From Candidatus Kaiserbacteria bacterium (lineage in GTDB: Bacteria; Patescibacteriota; Minisyncoccia; Phycocordibacterales; Phycocordibacteraceae), in contig OY969413.1 of NCBI GenBank assembly GCA_963699165.1, positions 63,506 to 127,505 of the forward strand: a DNA stretch of 64,000 nt, in the 5' to 3' direction. A program made the position numbers and the translations under genes. The notes under the pieces were generated by a model. That model did no database searches. It was not told the DNA's origin and saw nothing but the letters and a program-made list of their open reading frames with translations. Of the stretch, positions 58,454-64,000 are shown piece by piece (within the stretch, counting starts at the first letter, position 1; each line of letters begins with the position of its first letter).

Positions 58454-58981
58454 TTGGTGGTAAAATCCGACCAATCTATGAATTCTTCAACTGAAATTCC
58501 CGAGTTTGGCACGAAGCGAGAAAATGAAGAACGGCGCGACGGCGGCTGTGCGATTGTATTTGACCCCGAAACAAAGCGGTACGCGGTCGGCAGGCACACG
58601 GCCGACGGCAAGCTGCGGCTTTTTTCGGGCGGCGTCGGAGACGACGAAGATATTCAAGCCGGCATTCTTCGCGAGGTTGTCGAGGAAAGCGGTTTGCATG
58701 ATTTTTCGCATGTCGAAGTCATAGGCGAAGCGTTTACGCACTATTACAACATTTTGAAAAAGGTGAACCGGGTGGGGAAGGCGACGTGTCTGCTCGTCAT
58801 TTTGAAAAGCAGGAATCTTGTCGAAACAAAACTCGAGGAGCACGAGAAATTTACGCTTGCGTGGGTGACGGCCGAAGAATTATTTTCAAATTGGAACGCG
58901 CACAACGAAACAAACAATTACGACCACTGGATTTATTTTATGAACATCGCCGTTCGGCGTCTGAAGGAATTGGGATATTAA
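58454..58981 (+). CDS. NUDIX hydrolase
   Basis: Nudix-box-like motif GGVGDDEDIQAGILREVVEESGL. Confidence 0.6.
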   Translation: MVVKSDQSMNSSTEIPEFGTKRENEERRDGGCAIVFDPETKRYAVGRHTADGKLRLFSGGVGDDEDIQAGILREVVEESGLHDFSHVEVIGEAFTHYYNILKKVNRVGKATCLLVILKSRNLVETKLEEHEKFTLAWVTAEELFSNWNAHNETNNYDHWIYFMNIAVRRLKELGY

Positions 58982-59036
58982 AGGGGCGGGGAAACCCGAA
59001 GGTTCCGCCCGCCCGGCATTGTCTGCGCGATGGATA

Positions 59037-59378
59037 TTACTCCGTCTTTCCGCAGTTGCGGAGCCGCTCCGCTGCCGCACCTTCGAAAATTATCTTGAAA
59101 TTACCCGTTGAGTAGAATTCCACCGCAGCGGATTCCGAGTCGAAGAATCCATAAGCGACGAGTTTGCCTCCCGCCCTCGTCCACACGACATCTGTGTCAA
59201 ATTCTCCTTCAAACATAGCCCGATTACACGAGTCAAGTAGCTCCTTTGCTTTTTCAAAAGCCGTTGGCTCATTCGGCAGGGAGCCGGTCGGTTCTTTCAC
59301 GTCAGCATCTCCTTTGTCGCAAGGGGTCTGCACGCGTAATACCAAATGCGGCAAGCGGTGTAAAGCTTCGGGCGACAC
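59037..59378 (-). CDS. hypothetical protein
   Basis: 113-aa ORF with no recognisable motif. Confidence 0.3.
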   Translation of the reverse strand: MSPEALHRLPHLVLRVQTPCDKGDADVKEPTGSLPNEPTAFEKAKELLDSCNRAMFEGEFDTDVVWTRAGGKLVAYGFFDSESAAVEFYSTGNFKIIFEGAAAERLRNCGKTE

Positions 59379-59901
59379 CCCCTATTTGGAAAGCGGGGGT
59401 GTCGCCATTAGGCAGGCGATGGAATTGAGGGCATGAATAGCAAGCAGGTGTGCCCGGCTGACGACGGCGGCCTTGACAGCAGTCCAAGATGGTGTATCTT
59501 GCAAAAAGATCGATGTGGGGATAAGCCAAGTTTTAACCCCACTCGTTGGTACCATTTAAATAGCCCCGCTCTTCACAAAAAGGAAATTTTCGATGCCAGG
59601 CATGATGGTCTTCTCCTCGCTCGGTGAAGCACTGAGAGCCGGATTCCAGGTGTACGACCGGACTCCGGACGGATACCTCGTCCGACGGCTCACATCCAGA
59701 GGATGGGCGTTGGCAGTCGTCGTCGTCCGCCAGGAGGTATACGCCTAGACGTGTACTCCTACCGCTCCCCAGCAGGCCCCCATTTTTATGTGGGGGTCTG
59801 TCTATGTAAAACGACCATTAAATCATTTAATACTCACTGTTCGGCATCTGTTTAATACGTGTGTGGCCGATTGGCGCGCTATTGTTACAATTACTGTAAT
59901 G

Positions 59902-61125
59902 GAATTGGATACGGCTAATCTCGCAAAGGCGCGCGCATACATCGATTCGTACTGGCAGCGTCTCGTTCGAAAAAATGAAACCGATTCGGGCACGCTCATC
60001 GGACTGCCGAATCCGTATCTGGTGCCGTCATACCCGGAAGACAGCGAGTTTAATTACGACGAACTCTACTATTGGGACAGCTACTTCATGGTGCAGGGCA
60101 TGCTCGATGAGCCACACAAGGACTTGGTGCTCGGAATTCTCGACGACCTCATTTACCTGTTCCAGCGGTTCAACATCATTCCGAACGGTTCGCGCTTGTA
60201 TTACACCAGCCGCACCCAGCCGCCATTCCTGACGAGTTTCATTTTCGACGTATACGACGCGTACAATCTCGACGCCGAATGGCTGCGAGAAAAGATTTTT
60301 GTCGCAATGCAAGAATACGAGACGGTGTGGATGGGAACAAAGAAGCCGAATGCGCGGCAGGTCTACCAAGGACTCAGCCGCTACTACGACTTCAATTATC
60401 TGAACGACCTTGCCGAGGCCGAAAGCGGGTGGGACATGACGCCGCGATTCGAGCGGAAGGCGCTCGATTATCTTCCCATCGACCTCAACACGCTTTTGTA
60501 TAAATACGAAAAGGATTTTGCGCGCGCCGCTCGCATACTGGGCGACACTGACGAGGCAGCCGCATGGGATGAGCGCGCGCAGCGCCGGAAGGAAACGATA
60601 GACAAGCTCATGTGGAGCGAGCGCGACGGTTTGTATTACGATTACAATTATGCGACCAAAAAACGGGGAACCGTCGCGTCGCTCGCGAGCTTTTATCCCT
60701 TGTGGGCGGGCATGGTTGATGAAAAAAGAGCCGCGCGTCTGGTCCGTTCTCTCGCACGTTTCGAAAAAGCGGGCGGGCTGGTGACTGCCGTTTTGCAACC
60801 GCTCACGCACCGTTTTCGACGCAGCATTCCTTTGCAGTGGGCATATCCGAACGGCTGGGCGCCGCTGCAATTTTTGATAATCAAAGGCCTTGAGCGGTAT
60901 GGCTTTCATGCCGAATCGAAAAGGATTGCGCTCAAATGGCTGCAGACCAATCTGAATTGGTTCACCGCGCACGGCGAATTTTTGGAAAAATATAACGTGG
61001 TACATCCCGCCGAGGAACCCGCAAAGGGTTTGTACCCGCCGCAAACGGGCTTCGGGTGGAGCAACGCGGTCTTCGAGCGGCTGTGCAGGGATTATGTGGA
61101 TGGGGGCGGACGGAGCGGGGAATGA
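59902..61125 (+). CDS. treA: trehalase (glycoside hydrolase family 37)
   Basis: It carries GH37 signatures: ..DELYYWDSYFMVQGML.., ..SRTQPPFLT.. and a C-terminal ..PQTGFGWSNAV.. The start is chosen at MELDTANLAKA; the longest ORF begins at 59788. Confidence 0.75.
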   Translation, partial: ELDTANLAKARAYIDSYWQRLVRKNETDSGTLIGLPNPYLVPSYPEDSEFNYDELYYWDSYFMVQGMLDEPHKDLVLGILDDLIYLFQRFNIIPNGSRLYYTSRTQPPFLTSFIFDVYDAYNLDAEWLREKIFVAMQEYETVWMGTKKPNARQVYQGLSRYYDFNYLNDLAEAESGWDMTPRFERKALDYLPIDLNTLLYKYEKDFARAARILGDTDEAAAWDERAQRRKETIDKLMWSERDGLYYDYNYATKKRGTVASLASFYPLWAGMVDEKRAARLVRSLARFEKAGGLVTAVLQPLTHRFRRSIPLQWAYPNGWAPLQFLIIKGLERYGFHAESKRIALKWLQTNLNWFTAHGEFLEKYNVVHPAEEPAKGLYPPQTGFGWSNAVFERLCRDYVDGGGRSGE

Positions 61126-61182
61126 CATGCAAACACCGCCCGCGCTAAAGCGCGGGCGGTGTTTTTTGATGGATCTGATGCG

Positions 61183-61476
61183 TTAGCTTATGGAAATGGA
61201 ATGTGAAATCATTGAGTTATGTATCTCCGTGAATTCGCTAAAAGTGATGATGGTGATTTTGTCCAAGTCAAAACCGTAGTGCCGGAAAACTTCCCGCGCA
61301 TCTCCGTCAAATCTTTTTTCCCAATCAAAACCGACTCGCAAGCATAGTTTTTTCAGTGACTCCACCGACGGTCCTTCGATTTCTACGTAGGCGGGAATTT
61401 TCGGCCAGCTGTCGATGTCAATCGTGACATCATCCGGTACTATTTCGTAACAGGGAATCGGGCAAGCGCTCGTCAA
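61183..61476 (-). pseudogene. C-terminal fragment of a CYTH-like (CyaB/thiamine-triphosphatase-type) protein, possibly truncated at an att-repeat zone
   Basis: The region ..YVEIEGPSVESLKKLCLRVGFDWEKRFDGDAREVFRHYGFDL resembles CYTH C-terminal strands. Its N-terminus starts inside repeated tRNA-Glu 3'-end fragments. Confidence 0.3.
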
Positions 61477-61482
61477 AAAATC

Positions 61483-61606
61483 GACCCCACGGGGAATCGG
61501 TCAAGCGCTCGTTCGTCGCCGTCGCTCCTCACTCCGCCTGACCACGCTCGCGCGACCCGACCTGCTGGCCGGGTGCCCGCGCTCGCCTTCGATTCCCCGT
61601 GGGGTC
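61483..61606. repeat. 17-bp inverted pair of the tRNA-Glu 3' end (GACCCCACGGGGAATCG) flanking a 90-bp GC-rich spacer, plus a 20-bp direct repeat GGAATCGGKCAAGCGCTCGT
   Basis: The direct copy lies at ~61483-61499 and the inverted copy at ~61590-61606, both identical to the tRNA-Glu gene 3' end at ~61658-61674. GGAATCGGGCAAGCGCTCGT occurs at ~61454 and GGAATCGGTCAAGCGCTCGT at ~61492. Confidence 0.6.
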
Positions 61607-61656
61607 TACAAAAATATAATCGCCCGATGCTCATCGCATCGTTCTCATTATTTTTG

Positions 61657-61728
61657 TGACCCCACGGGGAATCGAACCCCGATTTACGCCGTGAAAGGGC
61701 GCTGTCCTAACCGTTAGACGATGGGGCC
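61657..61728 (-). tRNA. tRNA-Glu (anticodon TTC)
   Basis: The minus strand reads GGCCCCATCGTCTAACGGTTAGGACAGCGCCCTTTCACGGCGTAAATCGGGGTTCGATTCCCCGTGGGGTCA. No CCA is encoded. Confidence 0.8.
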
Positions 61729-61778
61729 GTCTACAGGCGCACAAACTAGGAGTTGTGTGCACATGTATTGAAACCTTA

Positions 61779-63476
61779 TCATTTCCGCCACGAAATGCTA
61801 GGATAGCCAGCACGGGCTACGGCGAAAACTGACCTTTCGCTCGTCCAGACATCGCATGCGATGCAAATAAGGAGAGGTGGCAGAGTGGTCGAATGCACTG
61901 GTTTCGAAAACCAGCAGGGGTGTAAGCTCCTCGTGGGTTCAAATCCCACCCTCTCCGCAATAGGTAGGACAGTACTAGATTTATCAAAATTATTTTGGGC
62001 TTCACGCAGTGAAGCCCATTGGGGTTGAGCCACGCCGCGCGCTTCGCGCGTATGTAAGGAAAGGTTGGAGCCGAAGATTTTTTGGAGGGAGAGTTTTTTG
62101 GAGCGGAGGTCGCTGCTTTTTCGTATTTCGTCCAGCATTGAAGCGTCCTTTATGAAATCACGCAGAGGTTGGAGCCAAAGCGTAGCGTCATGCTCCAGTC
62201 GGACGATCTGTTCCTCGGCCGACTTGCGCTCAGACATGAGCGCACGCCTCCGCTCAAGGTAGGTATCGCGGTCTATGTCCTGCTCGGAATAGAGATCAAC
62301 GAAGCGGCTCATCTTGCCGTCCAGTTGAGCAATCTTCGCTCGGAGTTCTTGCACGGCAGTCATAGCAACGGACTCGGTCTTCTGCTCGTCTTCGTTAGCC
62401 ATGCGGTATAGCTCTTGCGTCCAATCCGTAGGCATAACATAGAGCGAAAGTAGATCGGAGAGTTGAGCACTCAATACCTCCTCGCGGACATAGGACTGCG
62501 AACAGATACCGCGTTTCTTGGTACAACGGTAGTAGACGTAGCGGTGGACGTTGCCGTTCTTCTGGTGCTTGGTTATCACTTCTCCCGTTATCATCCCGCC
62601 GCACTCGCCGCAACGCATAATGCCGCACAGAGGCTGCGGCTCATTCTTGGGCTTGTGTCGCTGTCTGCCGCGTAGCTCCAAAACGTCCTGCACTTTGTCG
62701 AAAGTGGCTTTTGAAACTAGGGGCGTATGCACACCTTTGTACACCTCTCCGGCGTACTCGAAATGACCGTAGTAGAAGACGTTGGTGAGCATCTTCTTTA
62801 TGCTGTCCTTTTTCAAAGGCTTGTCGCCGCTACTACCGGACTTCTTGATCTTCTTACTTCTGATACCACGCTCATACAGAAAAGTGGCAATGTCCTCGAA
62901 GCGTGATTTGTTCTCAGCGTACAGCTCAAAGGCCGTTCGGATGGCCGGAGCCTTGCGACGATCAACTTCGACGCGCTTCGTTCTGGGATTGTTGATATAG
63001 CCCAACGGAGCAAGCCCCGGATACTCGCCGCGTCTCGCTTTCTCCCGTTGTCCCCGTTTCGTATTCGCACTCAAGTCGCGGATGTAGTGGTTCGCCATTC
63101 CAAGCTCGACAGACATCATCAGCACGTTATCGGCGGGAAGAAAACTGCGATCGTGAGTTTGTATGTGTTGAATTACGGACTGCTGCAAAAGCCAACTGAT
63201 CTGGCCGCCGTCCACCGGATTACGGGCAAGGCGATCTATCTTCCAACACACGATGCCCTGCGCTTCGCCCGCGATGATACGTCGGATTATATCGTTAAAG
63301 ACGGGACGACCCGGCTTCTTCGCGGATTGCTTCTCCACGAACTCGGCCGCAATCTCCAACCCCTCGCGCTTAGCGAGGGAGCGCAACTCAGAGAGCTGCG
63401 CGTCTATCGAGAGGACTTGCTTGTCCTCGACATCGGTACTCTTGCGGGCGTAGAGGAAGTAGTGGGGCATAGGCAT
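61779..63476 (-). CDS. large serine recombinase (integrase of a tRNA-Ser-associated element); ORF reads through the opposite strand of tRNA-Ser
   Basis: It begins MPMPHYFLYARKSTDVEDKQVLSIDAQ.. (resolvase domain), followed by a recombinase domain, a zinc ribbon (CGIMRCGECGG..YYRCTKKRGIC) and a coiled-coil. The last ~58 codons (..ERVGFEPTRSLHP..) overlap tRNA-Ser antisense, so the true C-terminus may lie near 61960. Confidence 0.8.
   Translation of the reverse strand: MPMPHYFLYARKSTDVEDKQVLSIDAQLSELRSLAKREGLEIAAEFVEKQSAKKPGRPVFNDIIRRIIAGEAQGIVCWKIDRLARNPVDGGQISWLLQQSVIQHIQTHDRSFLPADNVLMMSVELGMANHYIRDLSANTKRGQREKARRGEYPGLAPLGYINNPRTKRVEVDRRKAPAIRTAFELYAENKSRFEDIATFLYERGIRSKKIKKSGSSGDKPLKKDSIKKMLTNVFYYGHFEYAGEVYKGVHTPLVSKATFDKVQDVLELRGRQRHKPKNEPQPLCGIMRCGECGGMITGEVITKHQKNGNVHRYVYYRCTKKRGICSQSYVREEVLSAQLSDLLSLYVMPTDWTQELYRMANEDEQKTESVAMTAVQELRAKIAQLDGKMSRFVDLYSEQDIDRDTYLERRRALMSERKSAEEQIVRLEHDATLWLQPLRDFIKDASMLDEIRKSSDLRSKKLSLQKIFGSNLSLHTREARGVAQPQWASLREAQNNFDKSSTVLPIAERVGFEPTRSLHPCWFSKPVHSTTLPPLLICIACDVWTSERSVFAVARAGYPSISWRK
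61871..61957 (+). tRNA. tRNA-Ser (anticodon CGA), class II with a long variable arm
   Basis: GGAGAGGTGGCAGAGTGGTCGAATGCACTGGTTTCGAAAACCAGCAGGGGTGTAAGCTCCTCGTGGGTTCAAATCCCACCCTCTCCG. No CCA is encoded. Confidence 0.85.
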
Positions 63477-63530
63477 TACATTATAGTGTAATACTACCTA
63501 TATAATATAACAAGCTATATACTCTGGATA

Positions 63531-63737
63531 ATGAAAAGTGAGTCCGAGAAACTTGGCAGAAATCTGAAGAGGATTCGGAAAGCGAAGGGTATAACGCAGG
63601 GCGACATAGTCCGTGCACTAGGAGTTGGGAGAGGATATATCAGCAACATTGAGAACGGTAAAATGAATCCTACACTCTCGACAATCACAAGGTTGGCGAA
63701 GGCTCTCGGTGTATCATCTAATGAGTTGCTGAAATAA
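63531..63737 (+). CDS. XRE-family helix-turn-helix transcriptional regulator
   Basis: 68 aa with HTH_3 (..ITQGDIVRALGVGRGYISNIENGKMNPTLSTITRLAKALGVS..). It is divergent from the recombinase, as in phage cI/Cro-like regulators. Confidence 0.8.
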   Translation: MKSESEKLGRNLKRIRKAKGITQGDIVRALGVGRGYISNIENGKMNPTLSTITRLAKALGVSSNELLK

Positions 63738-63740
63738 TTT

Positions 63741-64000
63741 ATGAAATTTGAACTAGAAGAATTCCACAGAAATACATCAGAGGAAGAAATGCTTGCCGAT
63801 GTTAGACGTGTTGCAGAAAAAATAAACAAGAATTCTGTAACAATGGACGAATATAAAGAATTTGGGAAATATCACCCATCAACACTAACTCGTAAGATGG
63901 GTAGTTGGTTTAATATTCTCGAAAAAGCTGGAATGAAAATAAACCGTAGCCCGATGAATATACCTGAGGAGGAGCTTTTTAAGAACTTAGAAGAAGTGTG
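63741..64000 (+). CDS. hypothetical protein (3' end outside the window), in an AT-richer foreign-looking segment
   Basis: The ORF from ATG 63741 (MKFELEEFHRNTSEEEMLADVRRVAEKINKNS..) runs to the window end. Base composition is visibly lower in GC than the flanking chromosome. Confidence 0.4.
   Translation, partial: MKFELEEFHRNTSEEEMLADVRRVAEKINKNSVTMDEYKEFGKYHPSTLTRKMGSWFNILEKAGMKINRSPMNIPEEELFKNLEEV

Noticed and set aside
60028-61128. 366-aa minus-strand ORF
   Set aside because: It is antisense to the trehalase gene, which carries clear GH37 signatures.

Overview
This is a GC-rich bacterial chromosome segment. A Patescibacteria/CPR-like origin is possible: ValRS is compact, none of the 6 tRNA genes encodes CCA, and a DGR is present, but this is inference only. 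Housekeeping genes include dinB, an RTPR-like class II ribonucleotide reductase, murJ, lepA, valS, tsaD, rlmB, several NUDIX hydrolases, a hybrid sensor kinase, 6 tRNAs and a probable RNase P RNA. The window is heavily invaded by mobile DNA. (1) An IS30-family element splits the aspartate kinase gene. (2) An IS1595-family element is present. (3) Two different IS3-family elements occur, called IS-A here (4 full copies of ~1159 bp) and IS-B (2 full copies of ~1150 bp plus nested end fragments). (4) There is a 5'-truncated IS481-like transposase. (5) At least three tRNA-associated integrative elements carry large serine recombinases that read toward the tRNA. The element at tRNA-Phe (~23.4-40.1 kb, 19-bp direct repeat) carries an HsdM-like methyltransferase - SIR2 - HerA defence operon whose SIR2 and HerA genes are each split by an identical IS-B copy, plus a phage terminase / ParB-methylase module. 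The element next to tRNA-Val (~51.1-58.3 kb, 19/20-bp direct repeat) carries a complete diversity-generating retroelement (DGR): RT, an opposite-strand Avd-like ORF, and a 112-bp TR/VR pair differing by 10 substitutions, all at TR adenines. A third element begins at tRNA-Ser at the right window edge. Unexplained structure includes tandem arrays containing tRNA-Val 3'-end fragments, a hairpin element present in two copies with compensatory substitutions next to att sites, and a recurring GAAGGTCAGACCTTC palindrome. Hand-derived coordinates are approximate (+/-2 nt).
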